DNA of 64,000 bases from Eubacteriales bacterium (GTDB lineage Bacteria > Bacillota > Clostridia > Lachnospirales > Lachnospiraceae). Numbering within the stretch: position 1 is the first letter of the stretch; each line of letters opens with the position of its first letter. The notes under the pieces were generated by a model, which was given only the letters and a program-made list of their open reading frames with translations, made no database searches and was not told the DNA's origin. Below are positions 18,701-27,530 of the stretch, piece by piece. The stretch covers positions 987 to 64,986 of the forward strand of contig JBNMLM010000001.1 in assembly GCA_050874845.1 (NCBI GenBank). Reading direction: 5' to 3'. Made by a program: the position numbers and the translations under genes.

Positions 18701-19411
18701 GAAAGACCGCATGGACTGAGCGAGGGCGTTGAGCACGGAGTTAGATTTCTGGGGAAGGAGAGAACAAAAATCAGCTTTGGTGCGATGGATTTCGGCGTGA
18801 ACGGCTCAGAGCAGATACAGATGTACCTCTTTAAGTATTATCCGGGAGCGGTGAAATTCAAAATATATCTTGACGATGACAGTGACAGTATTCTGGACGC
18901 GGAATTTGACGAGAGCGCAGGCTGGCTTGAATTTAAGATGGCGGAATACAGGCTTTCGGAAAGAATAAAGGGAATACATTGTATCAGCATTGAGAGCGAG
19001 GATAATTTCCAGCTCAACAGATTCTCATTTGTGCCTGTGCTTCACGGCTTTGACCGCATAGATGCCGCAGATTATGATGAGATTTTCGGTGACAGCTACA
19101 GGGTGGACGGCACAGCTGTAACCGACATAGGAAACAACGTGTCAATCATCTACAGATGCCTCAATATGGGCGCACAGTCCGCAGATAAAATAAAAATCTG
19201 TGGAAGAACTGCAAATGCTAAGGATTCAATTCAGTTAAAAATAGTCTGTGCCGGAACGGAGCGGACGGAACTGATTGAATTTGAAAAGAGTGAAGCTTCG
19301 GTTGAGAGGGAGTTTGATATTGAGCCTGTCGGAGGGGAGATAACGGTGACATTCCTGTATCTTCCGGGCTGCAATTTCAACCTTGAGTGGTTCAGATTTT
19401 TACAGGAATAA
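15761..19411 (+). CDS. Glycoside hydrolase family 2 (beta-galactosidase-like) with a long C-terminal beta-sandwich/CBM-like extension; no signal peptide
   Basis: GH2 sugar-binding, Ig-like and TIM-barrel signatures (LNDGWQF, RTAHN, WSVGNE, GSE). GGAGG RBS at 15746-15750. Confidence 0.85.
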   Translation: MKRKICLNDGWQFLEKEYSEENLQCPDGEYEPVKLPHDYLIYDVKNLYRDSVGWYKRSLKYVPDGLERVLFFEGVYMDSEVFVNGRSAGTWKYGYSSFEVDITPYLEAGDNELLVRVVHRSPNSRWYSGAGIYRSVYLIERESTHIEPFGLYITPVKRVASDTWDVDVEVEIAQGADGEKPFDSIRYIITQKAGKHDTQSNVKDSSCIIFNQLIGEKSNTYRHNFEITAPQLWDIYCGNLYELSVELIRAGEVFDYEQSVFGFRTIEIDSDKGFFLNGRHVKIKGSCEHHGFGCLGAAVNKSAVRRKLEGLKRMGVNAIRTAHNMPSVEFMELADEMGFLVDSEAFDMWGHTKTTYDYGRFFAESAKKDVASWIRRDRNHPSIIMWSVGNEIYDMHAGDEGLAELSMLLVEVKKHDPRKHAFTTFASNYMRWENTQKCAGLVDAVGYNYGEYLYEEHHAKHPDWVIYGSETSSMLASRGVYHFPIETSTLCDTDEQCSALGNCSAGWGAHSYTDNIIADRDAGFSLGQFIWAGVDYFGEPTPYHTRNSYFGQMDTAGFEKDSYYIYQAEWTSFKENPMVHVFPHWDFNPGQVVDVCVCSNAPVAELFVNGVSMGRKTIDHAHGTELVPHWKVTYEKGYVEAVAYDEAGNELARQMRHSFSDADRLVIEADRRQMKNQYGELIFVEIGAFDKDGYTVDNANNRVEIKVTGAGRLVGLDNGDSTDFDQVKASSRRLFGGKLLAVIAPVEGMVGNITVTAEAEGLQAASIDLCVTDDKNMRDEYLVQSCICTDKNNMAEDMSGNSFQLSEDAEKRNHTRNGDGLMDSVYSENEIPIRKVELTAETLNLSACKSSVKVHWKLYPENATYRDLKWSITDTTGIAIKSATVTQQGEPDEVMIKTETGKAPDKMEAAEAQVKMEAGAMPSEGYVTVSVAGDGGFYLRCDAYNGRTAASVKSSLEFTADGIGPAYLDPYEPVSAGLCLERPHGLSEGVEHGVRFLGKERTKISFGAMDFGVNGSEQIQMYLFKYYPGAVKFKIYLDDDSDSILDAEFDESAGWLEFKMAEYRLSERIKGIHCISIESEDNFQLNRFSFVPVLHGFDRIDAADYDEIFGDSYRVDGTAVTDIGNNVSIIYRCLNMGAQSADKIKICGRTANAKDSIQLKIVCAGTERTELIEFEKSEASVEREFDIEPVGGEITVTFLYLPGCNFNLEWFRFLQE

Positions 19412-19417
19412 AAAACA

Positions 19418-19475
19418 GGTGTCAAAACAGGCTTGAAAATATACATCTTGGTATAAATCATCCTGTTTTGACACC
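19418..19475. terminator. Bidirectional terminator hairpin whose 14-bp arms match the terminal inverted repeat of the ~295-bp element
   Basis: GGTGTCAAAACAGG ... CCTGTTTTGACACC with a 30-nt loop, between the convergent GH2 and ddh genes. Confidence 0.6.
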
Positions 19476-19489
19476 ATAATTTTTAAGTC

Positions 19490-20473
19490 CTACAGAAGAT
19501 GTGCCCTCATATCCTCCGGTGAGAGTGGTGAAAGATCGGCAGGCGCTACATCGAATACGGTCTTACAGCCGCTTATTCCGCGCTTGTTCATGCGGTAAGC
19601 TGCCCTTGCATAAGCGACAAGCACGCATGATGTGAACTCAGGGTTGGAGTCGAGCTTTAAGCTGTACTCAATCACATGGTTGTGCTCACCGTTTAAACCG
19701 GTCTTTCCTGTGCGCAGAACGAAGCCGCCATGAGGAATTCCCGCGTGGTCGCGCTTTAATTCCTCCTCAGAGATAAAATGTACTGTTGTGTCATAGTCTG
19801 AGAAGTAGTTAGGCATTGTCTTGATTGCTGTTTCGATTGCTGCCTTGTCTGCGCCCTCCTCAGCCACAACGAAGCACTCTCTTGTGTGCTTTTCTCTTGT
19901 GGTGAGTTCAGGATTCTTGCAGGCACGAACGGCTTCGAGAGCGGACTCAACAGGGATTGTATACTGCTTTGCATCCTTGACACCAGGTATTCTTCTGATT
20001 GCATCTGAGTGTCCCTGGCTTACGCCCTTGCCCCAGAAGGTGTAGTCATTTCCATCGCGAAGGATTGCGTTGGCATAGAGACGGTTGAGTGAGAACATGC
20101 CCGGATCCCAGCCTACGGATATCATAGCGATATGACTGCTTTCGGTGGCAGCGGCATCAACATTTGCGAAATGCTCAGGAATACGTGCGTGTGTGTCGAA
20201 GCTGTCAACAACATTGAAATATTTTGCATACTCAGGTGTCTGCTTAGGAAGGTCTGTTGCAGAGCCGCCACAGAGCATGAGGACGTCAAGCTTATCCTTC
20301 ATTTCAGGTAGCATGTCCGCTGAATAGACAGGTACATTTGTCGCAGGTGTAACTGTCTCAGGGTTTCTTCTTGTGAAGATTCCTACAAGCTCCATATCAT
20401 CATTCTGTCTTATGGCACACTCAATGCCACGTCCAAGGTTTCCATAACCTAAGATACCTATTCTGATTGTCAT
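19490..20473 (-). CDS. ddh: meso-Diaminopimelate D-dehydrogenase
   Basis: The N-terminus IGILGYGNLGRG...DMELVGIFTRR and overall length match the Ddh family. Confidence 0.85.
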   Translation of the reverse strand: MTIRIGILGYGNLGRGIECAIRQNDDMELVGIFTRRNPETVTPATNVPVYSADMLPEMKDKLDVLMLCGGSATDLPKQTPEYAKYFNVVDSFDTHARIPEHFANVDAAATESSHIAMISVGWDPGMFSLNRLYANAILRDGNDYTFWGKGVSQGHSDAIRRIPGVKDAKQYTIPVESALEAVRACKNPELTTREKHTRECFVVAEEGADKAAIETAIKTMPNYFSDYDTTVHFISEEELKRDHAGIPHGGFVLRTGKTGLNGEHNHVIEYSLKLDSNPEFTSCVLVAYARAAYRMNKRGISGCKTVFDVAPADLSPLSPEDMRAHLL

Positions 20474-20797
20474 ATATTTTCTCCTTGATAATAAAATTAT
20501 GCTGTGGTCTTATATATTTCCACAACCTGTAACCTCAAATTGCTTTAATATTATAACGTATTGATGTCGAAAATGCAATTAAAGTTAGGTTAATCTAACA
20601 AAAAAATCCCGCATACTGCCAAGCAGGGCTGATGTAACCATATAAAATGTACTTTATAGATTTGCTTGGGATTTAGGAAAATTATAAGCTATGTATGTGG
20701 CATATTTAATAGGAGTATGCGTAAGATTTTAATTGTATATTTTGGCGCAATGCAATATAATAATCTATGTATGTATTTTTGTGTGTACGTGAATTGT

Positions 20798-21103
20798 GAG
20801 TTTGGTGTCAAAACATGCCGTGTATACTTGGCTGTGTATAACGTATTATGTTTATGTATATCACGACTTTGGGTAGAAGCTTAGATGTTCTTAGAACTCT
20901 GCTAAATATCTAGCCAAAAGCAGCACGGATGCTGCTTTAGAAGCAATGCATACACGGATGTATGCTTTGCTTCGGTGGCGAACGTATAGAAGACCTTTAT
21001 CAGAGTTCTTAGAACATCTTGCTTCGGACAACGGAGCTGATATACATAAACATAATACGTTATACACTCACAGAATGGATTGGCATGTTTTGACACCAAA
21101 CTC
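20798..21103 (-). repeat. Nested-palindrome intergenic element, copy 2 (inverted relative to copies 1 and 3)
   Basis: Here the terminal IR extends to 22 bp (GAGTTTGGTGTCAAAACATGCC). It lies 40 nt upstream of the GGDEF gene start at 21143. Confidence 0.85.
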
Positions 21104-21142
21104 ATAAGCAAATGAATTGTGATATCAGATTGGAGAACCATT

Positions 21143-22321
21143 ATGTCATGGATTGAGAATATGAGCATAAATATATTTCCGATGGTTCTTGTTATGGTTG
21201 TTTTTGTCAGCAACAGATTCAAGTTTGGAAAGACAATCAGTGCAAGAGTATTCGACCTGATTATTATGTTTGATTTTTTCCTTATGCTTGTAGATATCGT
21301 AGGGATTGCTGCAACTGATGCCATGTTTAGCGGAATGTCTGAGAGTGTGTGGATTATAAATGTTGTCAGAATGATTCTGACTGTGCTGCTTACATGTACT
21401 TGGTTTATATATGTGTGCCTTAAAATATCAATGGATGGCGCGGACAGAAGAGTGTGGGTTGCAGTGTATGCGTCGTTATCGCTGATGGCAATAGTATGTT
21501 TTGTTGTGTTGCTTATACCACATAGTTACCTCGGTGCTTATGGACTTCAGAATGCCGGAAGGGGACTAAGGGTATGCTATCTCGGAATCAGTTATTATGG
21601 TATTACAATGTTCGCGTGCAGTGCGGCAGTAGCATTGTACGGGATTGTGCACGAAAAAGATAATGAGATTCGAAGACTGTGTATATACCTTATGCTGTTT
21701 AGTGTCCTGCCTATTTTTGGAGTGGTTCTTCAGAATATTAATCAGAACTTAAGAACCTCTTCACCGTGCCTTTCGCTGGCGGTTCTGTATGTGTACGTGA
21801 CAATGCAGAACAAGAAGGTCATAACGGACGGACTTACAGGGGTAAATAATAGGCGTGAGCTGGATGCTTACCTTGAGAGAAGGCTGAAGCAGCAGACAGA
21901 CTGGGGAATGCTCCTCATAGATGTGGATGATTTTAAGAAGATAAATGACACAATAGGACATAAAATAGGTGACGAGGCCTTGTGGCATGTCGCTGATATT
22001 CTTCGCACGGAATTCTCGGGGGATGGCTGCTTTGTGGCGAGATACGGAGGAGATGAATTTGTTATATGCGGCGAATGGAAGAACAGGGCTGAGTTAGAGC
22101 AGTGCATGACATCAATTCATAAGAGAGTGGACAGCTTTAATAAGGAAAAGGAAAGGAATTATAAGCTTTCCCTGAGCGTTGGAGCGGCATTGTGGAGCGA
22201 ATGTGCAGACAGTGAAGCTTCTATAATTGAACTCGCCGATAAGAGAATGTATAAGCAGAAACAGATACATAAGGAACGGAGGAACGCCGGTAGTGAGCAA
22301 TATAGTATATATTCAGGCTAA
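21143..22321 (+). CDS. Membrane diguanylate cyclase (multi-TM N-domain + GGDEF)
   Basis: RYGGDEFVI active site and about 6-7 predicted TM helices. GGAGA RBS 7 nt before the ATG at 21143. Confidence 0.85.
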   Translation: MSWIENMSINIFPMVLVMVVFVSNRFKFGKTISARVFDLIIMFDFFLMLVDIVGIAATDAMFSGMSESVWIINVVRMILTVLLTCTWFIYVCLKISMDGADRRVWVAVYASLSLMAIVCFVVLLIPHSYLGAYGLQNAGRGLRVCYLGISYYGITMFACSAAVALYGIVHEKDNEIRRLCIYLMLFSVLPIFGVVLQNINQNLRTSSPCLSLAVLYVYVTMQNKKVITDGLTGVNNRRELDAYLERRLKQQTDWGMLLIDVDDFKKINDTIGHKIGDEALWHVADILRTEFSGDGCFVARYGGDEFVICGEWKNRAELEQCMTSIHKRVDSFNKEKERNYKLSLSVGAALWSECADSEASIIELADKRMYKQKQIHKERRNAGSEQYSIYSG

Positions 22322-23465
22322 CATATTCCCTATAGCAGCGCTGCTCGTGGTTATGAATAATCTTAAGCGCGATATGTCATTTTCATGGAGACGCCATTGC
22401 CTTGAAACTATAATGAAGCTCACGGTGTGTATAATGATATTTAATGTAGTGTGCTGGTGCCTGAACGGAAGGGAGGGGAACTTAGCCAAGGGCATACTGT
22501 GGGTCGGAAATACAGCATATTATGTATTTATGCTGTATATGGCATTTCTATGGTTTCTGTATGTGTATGATAAAGTGACGAACGGAAATGGACAGATGGG
22601 AATATCCATGTTTGTCAAGGCTATTCCACTTGTTATAAGTCTTGTCATATTGGCGGCAGGAGTGGTAAGACCGCTGATATTTTATATAGACGCTGAAAAT
22701 TTATATCAGCGTGGGCCACTTCATATTTTAAGTACGGTTGTTGCGGCAGGGTATATTTTTGTGGCATGTATTCTGGCATTTGTGGGGATGCTTAGGACGC
22801 AGGAACGCGAAGAGAGAAGACAGTATGGATATCTGGTGCTTTTTGGTGTATTCCCTCTGGTTGGTGGTATTGTTCAGATGTTCCTGTATGGTACGGATCT
22901 TCTATGGCCTATGACGAGTGTGGCACTTGTGATGGTGTACATTAATATCCAGCAGCAGAACGTCAGCCGCGACAGCATGACAGGGCTTAATAACAGGCGA
23001 AGGCTTGACCAGTATATAGCTGCGCTTTCCAAAGAACATATTAAGGAGCCGTTATGCTACAGTATAATGGACATTGATTATTTCAAGGAGATTAATGATA
23101 ACTTTGGACATCAGACAGGTGATAAGGTGCTGTGTCTTGTGGCGAATGCACTTAAAAAAGTGTATGGAAATACAAGAAGCTTTATTGCAAGGTATGGCGG
23201 GGACGAATTTGTGATAATATCACGCGGATTTGACAGTGAGCAGGCAGAGCATTATCGCGGAAGGCTTGAGAGGATGATTAAGGATATAGAATGTGAGGAG
23301 TTAGAGAATGGGGGACTGGAGATAAGTATGGGCTGCGCGCATTACGGCGAAGAAGGCTGTAAGCAGGTTCGTGATATGATGGAACTTGCGGATATGCGTA
23401 TGTATGATATAAAAAATGAGCACCATAATAACAACGCTGCTTTAATGTGGCAGAAAAGAGGATAG
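22293..23465 (+). CDS. Membrane diguanylate cyclase, tandem paralog (start codon uncertain)
   Basis: RYGGDEFVI motif and the same TM + GGDEF architecture. A GTG at 22293 follows GGAGG and aligns TM1 (NIFPIAALL) with NIFPMVLVM of the upstream paralog. Confidence 0.75.
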   Translation: MSNIVYIQANIFPIAALLVVMNNLKRDMSFSWRRHCLETIMKLTVCIMIFNVVCWCLNGREGNLAKGILWVGNTAYYVFMLYMAFLWFLYVYDKVTNGNGQMGISMFVKAIPLVISLVILAAGVVRPLIFYIDAENLYQRGPLHILSTVVAAGYIFVACILAFVGMLRTQEREERRQYGYLVLFGVFPLVGGIVQMFLYGTDLLWPMTSVALVMVYINIQQQNVSRDSMTGLNNRRRLDQYIAALSKEHIKEPLCYSIMDIDYFKEINDNFGHQTGDKVLCLVANALKKVYGNTRSFIARYGGDEFVIISRGFDSEQAEHYRGRLERMIKDIECEELENGGLEISMGCAHYGEEGCKQVRDMMELADMRMYDIKNEHHNNNAALMWQKRG

Positions 23466-23467
23466 AA

Positions 23468-25279
23468 ATGGCAGAGGAATTACTTTTCAGAAAAGATGTA
23501 AAGAAGGAACTTACATGGGACTTATCACTTATTTATAAGGATGAGGAGGCTCTTATGGCTGATGCGGCGAGGATGGAGAGCCTTACGGCGCAGCTTGAGA
23601 AAGATTATAAGGGCAGGCTTGACAGTGCGGACAGAATAAATGGCTGTCTTGACAAGCTGCGTGAATTATATGGAATAGCAACGCTGGTCGGAAACTATTG
23701 TGAGCTTGCAACGTCAGTGGATTATTATGATACACATAATATGGAGCTTGCAGGAAGGATGAACCGCAAGATTTCAGAGTGCATGAGTACATTAAGCTTT
23801 ATAGACAGTGAATTATCCACTAAGAGCGATGAACTAATCAACGAAGCTGCACAGGCTTCAAAGGAGAACGCCAATTACTTAAAAGAAGTGCTCAGGGGAA
23901 AGCCATATCTTTTAAGCCCTGAGACGGAGAAGGTGTTAAAGGCTCTGTCACAGACAACAGGAGCACCTTATGAGATATACAATACAGCCAAGCTTGCGGA
24001 TATGAAATTCTCGGATTTTGAGGTTGACGGAAAGAAGTATCCTCTTGGATACTCCCTCTTTGAGGATGATTATGAGTATGATGAGAGAACAGATGTAAGA
24101 AGAGCTGCATTTGCCGCCTTTTCAGCAAAGCTCCGTGACTATGAGAATGTAACTGCGGCAGCCTACAACACGGCTGTGCAGTATGAAAAGACAATGTCCG
24201 ATTTAAGAGGCTTTGACAATGTATTTGACAGCCTGCTTTTTGGACAGCATGTTGATAGTACGCTTTATAACAGACAGATTGACCTCATTATGGATAAGCT
24301 TGCACCGCACATGAGAAAATATGTCAAGCTTCTTGGAAAAGTTCATAAGCTTGATAAGGTTACTTATGCGGATTTGCATCTTCCTGTCGATCCGGAGTAT
24401 TCACCTAAGCTCACAATCGAGGAATCCAAGGACTATGTAACAAAGGGACTTTCCATCCTTGGCGAGGACTATGTGAACATGGTGGAGACAGCCTACAGAG
24501 AACGCTGGTTTGATTTTGCTCAGAATCAGGGAAAATCGACAGGTGGTTTCTGTGCAAGTCCTTACGGAAAGAATTCATTTATACTTCTTAGCTGGAACGG
24601 AAGAATGTCCGATGTGTTTACTATAGCGCATGAGCTTGGACATGCAGGTCATTTTAAGGCATGCAATGCTGCCCAGTCAATTTTTGATACGGATGTGTCC
24701 TCATACTTTGTTGAGAGCCCATCCACTATGAACGAACTGCTGCTTGGACATTATCTGTTAAAGACGAGTGATGATAAGCGTTTCCGCCGCTGGGTACTTT
24801 CTAACATGATTGGAAATACCTATTATCACAACTTTGTAACACATCTTCTTGAGGCGGCATATCAGAGAGAGGTATATCGCAAGGTTGAGGATGGCGCGAG
24901 TGTTCAGGCTGAGACGTTGAGCGCGATAATGAAGGATGTGCTCACTAGGTTCTGGGGTGATGCGGTTGAGCTCACCGATGGAGCAGAGCTCACATGGATG
25001 AGACAGCCTCATTATTATATGGGACTTTATTCATACACCTACAGCGCAGGACTTACGATTGCAACGCAGGTATGTAAGAGAATAGAGAATGAAGGACAGA
25101 CAGCGGTGGATGACTGGAAGAGAGTTCTTAAGGCAGGCGGAACAAAGACTCCTGTTGAGCTTGCAGCCATGGCTGGAATTGACATAACAACAGATGCGCC
25201 TTTGCTTGATACGATTGAGACTATAGGTGCGATGATCGATGAGATATGTGAGCTCACGGATGAGCTTGAGGAGAAGTAG
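23468..25279 (+). CDS. pepF: Oligoendopeptidase F (M3B metallopeptidase)
   Basis: HELGHAGH zinc motif; length and conserved blocks are typical of PepF. Confidence 0.9.
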   Translation: MAEELLFRKDVKKELTWDLSLIYKDEEALMADAARMESLTAQLEKDYKGRLDSADRINGCLDKLRELYGIATLVGNYCELATSVDYYDTHNMELAGRMNRKISECMSTLSFIDSELSTKSDELINEAAQASKENANYLKEVLRGKPYLLSPETEKVLKALSQTTGAPYEIYNTAKLADMKFSDFEVDGKKYPLGYSLFEDDYEYDERTDVRRAAFAAFSAKLRDYENVTAAAYNTAVQYEKTMSDLRGFDNVFDSLLFGQHVDSTLYNRQIDLIMDKLAPHMRKYVKLLGKVHKLDKVTYADLHLPVDPEYSPKLTIEESKDYVTKGLSILGEDYVNMVETAYRERWFDFAQNQGKSTGGFCASPYGKNSFILLSWNGRMSDVFTIAHELGHAGHFKACNAAQSIFDTDVSSYFVESPSTMNELLLGHYLLKTSDDKRFRRWVLSNMIGNTYYHNFVTHLLEAAYQREVYRKVEDGASVQAETLSAIMKDVLTRFWGDAVELTDGAELTWMRQPHYYMGLYSYTYSAGLTIATQVCKRIENEGQTAVDDWKRVLKAGGTKTPVELAAMAGIDITTDAPLLDTIETIGAMIDEICELTDELEEK

Positions 25280-25341
25280 GACGGTGAAATCACGCTACTG
25301 TCCGGATGAATATAATTTAGTTACGAAAGGAGGCGTGCGTT

Positions 25342-25974
25342 GTGGATAAGAAGCAGCTTGCGCTTGATATAATTGAAAGACTGAAAAAAGAATATCCGGA
25401 TGCCGGATGTTCGTTGGAATACAGCGAAGCATGGAAGCTTCTTGTCAGCGTGCGCCTTGCGGCTCAGTGCACCGATGCGAGGGTGAATGTGGTCGTTCAG
25501 GATTTGTATGCACATTACCCGGATGTAAATGCGCTTGCGGATGCTCCGGTTGAGGAGATTGAGAAGCTGGTAAGACCCTGCGGTCTTGGCAACAGCAAGG
25601 CAAGGGATATAAGTGCCTGTATGAGAATGCTGCGCGATAAGTACAATGGTCAGGTTCCGGATGATTTCGACAAGCTCATGGAGCTTCCGGGAGTCGGAAG
25701 AAAGAGCGCGAACCTTATTATGGGCGATGTGTTCGGCAAGCCGGCGATAGTCACCGACACACATTGTATACGTCTGGTAAACCGTATGGGGCTTGTGGAC
25801 GGAATAAAGGAGCCGAAGAAGGTTGAGATGGAGCTGTGGAGGATAATACCTCCTGAGGAGGGCAATGATTTCTGCCACAGGCTTGTAGAGCACGGAAGGG
25901 CGGTGTGCACGGCGCGGACGAAGCCGTACTGCGATAAGTGCTGTCTTAAAGACATTTGTGCGAAAAATATATAA
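25342..25974 (+). CDS. nth: Endonuclease III (DNA glycosylase/AP lyase)
   Basis: HhH-GPD motif LPGVGRKSANLI and a C-terminal 4Fe-4S cysteine cluster CTARTKPYCDKCCLKDIC. GTG start. Confidence 0.9.
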   Translation: MDKKQLALDIIERLKKEYPDAGCSLEYSEAWKLLVSVRLAAQCTDARVNVVVQDLYAHYPDVNALADAPVEEIEKLVRPCGLGNSKARDISACMRMLRDKYNGQVPDDFDKLMELPGVGRKSANLIMGDVFGKPAIVTDTHCIRLVNRMGLVDGIKEPKKVEMELWRIIPPEEGNDFCHRLVEHGRAVCTARTKPYCDKCCLKDICAKNI

Positions 25975-25994
25975 TAGCTTTAAGAGGTGGATAT

Positions 25995-27413
25995 ATGTCA
26001 AGTGTGGAATCGCGCGGCATGCCGGAGCAGAAGCCGCACGCGGGCGGAAAGGATTTCTCAAAAGGAAAAATATGGAGTAATATCATGGTTCAGGCTGTGC
26101 CACTTATACTGGCACAGCTTGTGCAGCTTTTATACAATGTTGTTGATAGAATATATATAGGACACCTTCCGGGGGCAGACAGTCTTGCTCTTACCGGTGT
26201 TGGGCTTGCATTTCCGCTCACAACGCTTATCGCTGCATTCACGAATCTGTTCGGGATGGGCGGCGCGCCACTGTTTTCCATAGAGCGCGGTGCAGGGAAT
26301 GATGAGAAAGCGGAAAAGATACTTGGAAATACCTTTTCAATGCTTTTTGCAAGTTCATTTATAATATTTATCCTGTGCTATGCTTTCAGAAAACCTGTGC
26401 TGTACCTTTTTGGCGCGAGCGATGCCTCGTATGTATATGCGAACGAATATTTAAAAATATATCTTTTGGGCACGACATTCACGATGCTTGCGACAGGACT
26501 CAACGGATTTATAAATGCTCAGGGGTTTCCGCGGACAGGAATGATGACAACGCTCATAGGAGCTGTGCTTAACCTTATTTTAGACCCATTGTTTATTTTT
26601 GTATTTCACATGGGAGTCAGTGGGGCGGCACTTGCAACAATTATAAGTCAGGGCGTATCTGCAGTGTGGGTTCTGAGATTCCTTATAAGCAGAAGAGGAA
26701 GGGCTGCATATCATATAAGGCTGTCCTGCCTTAGACCAGATTTAAAGCTTGTGGGGGATATAACCGCACTCGGAATGGCTGGATTTATCATGCAGGGAAC
26801 GAACTGTCTGGTGCAGGTGGTCTGCAACGCGACGCTCAAGGTGTTTGGCGGAGATTTATATGTCGGGATAATGACGGTCATAAATTCGGTGCGTGAGATA
26901 ATGTCGCTTCCGGTCAGTGGACTTACCAGCGGTTCACAGCCGGTGTTAGGATATAACTACGGAGCGAAAAAATATGACAGGGTGAGAAGTGGAATTAAAT
27001 TCACATCGGCTATTGGAATAGGTTACACAGCACTTGCATGGATTATAGTTCTTCTTATTCCGCAGCAGTTGATGGGAATATTTACAGATGATTCCCAGAC
27101 AATAATATATGGAGCAGAGGCGCTTAAGACATACTTCTTTGGCTTTGTATTCATGTCATTTATGTTTACCGGGCAGTCCACATTTACCGCGCTTGGCTAT
27201 TCAAAGCATGCGATATTCTTTTCACTTTTAAGAAAAGTGATTATTGTAACACCTCTTGCGATAATTTTGCCGCGAATAGGTTTTGGCGTGATGGGGGTAT
27301 TTCTCTCAGAGCCGATATCCAATGTGATTGGAGGACTTGCAAGCTTCTTAACCATGTATTTCACGGTATATAGGAAGCTGAAACCGCAGAATACAGATTT
27401 GCCGGAGAGATAA
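25995..27413 (+). CDS. MATE-family efflux transporter
   Basis: 12-TM profile with a MatE-type N-terminus (QAVPLILAQLVQLLYNVVDRIYIG). AGAGGTGG RBS before the ATG at 25995. Confidence 0.85.
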   Translation: MSSVESRGMPEQKPHAGGKDFSKGKIWSNIMVQAVPLILAQLVQLLYNVVDRIYIGHLPGADSLALTGVGLAFPLTTLIAAFTNLFGMGGAPLFSIERGAGNDEKAEKILGNTFSMLFASSFIIFILCYAFRKPVLYLFGASDASYVYANEYLKIYLLGTTFTMLATGLNGFINAQGFPRTGMMTTLIGAVLNLILDPLFIFVFHMGVSGAALATIISQGVSAVWVLRFLISRRGRAAYHIRLSCLRPDLKLVGDITALGMAGFIMQGTNCLVQVVCNATLKVFGGDLYVGIMTVINSVREIMSLPVSGLTSGSQPVLGYNYGAKKYDRVRSGIKFTSAIGIGYTALAWIIVLLIPQQLMGIFTDDSQTIIYGAEALKTYFFGFVFMSFMFTGQSTFTALGYSKHAIFFSLLRKVIIVTPLAIILPRIGFGVMGVFLSEPISNVIGGLASFLTMYFTVYRKLKPQNTDLPER

Positions 27414-27486
27414 CGGACTAATTGAAAACAGCTGCTTATTTGGAAATTTGAGTTTAGCAATTACCTGAAAGCAGTTTATCAAAAAA

Positions 27487-27527
27487 AGGTGAATGTAGCA
27501 CTGGAAAGTGACCACATTCACCTTTTT
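27487..27527. terminator. Bidirectional terminator between MATE and pyk
   Basis: AGGTGAATGT/ACATTCACCT stem flanked by an A-run and a T-run. Confidence 0.6.
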
Positions 27528-27530
27528 AGG

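Noticed and set aside
21084-21126. An outward-facing consensus -35 (TTGACA) inside the terminal repeat of the element, as a mobile hybrid promoter.
   Set aside because: TTGACA is present at the ends of copies 2 and 3. However, no acceptable -10 hexamer lies 16-18 bp downstream at any of the flanks inspected, and copy 1 has TTTGCC instead. The idea is unsupported by sequence alone.
20902-21324. A 140-aa ORF, plus the 78/74-aa ORFs at 30841-31088, which share peptide segments such as CITYY.Y.YQL.CPKQDVLRTLIKVFYT.ATEAKHTSVYALLLKQHPCCFWL.
   Set aside because: The shared peptide is simply the translation of the repeated palindromic DNA element. The frames have no RBS, are Cys/Tyr-rich, run antisense into the 5' end of the neighbouring GGDEF gene (21143-22321), and are not open in copy 1.
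22227-22292. The ATG at 22227 as the start of the second GGDEF paralog.
   Set aside because: It would overlap the upstream gene by 95 nt, and the added residues have no counterpart in the paralog. The GTG at 22293 (after GGAGG) fits the TM1 alignment better, although the ATG at 22353 cannot be excluded.
25321-26061. A 246-aa ORF antisense to nth. Other long antisense ORFs are 27508-27990, 39536-40075, 40920-41462, 46090-46518, 55546-56010 and 17228-17731.
   Set aside because: Each lies fully inside a well-supported gene on the opposite strand and has an Arg/Cys/His-rich shadow-frame composition with no motifs.
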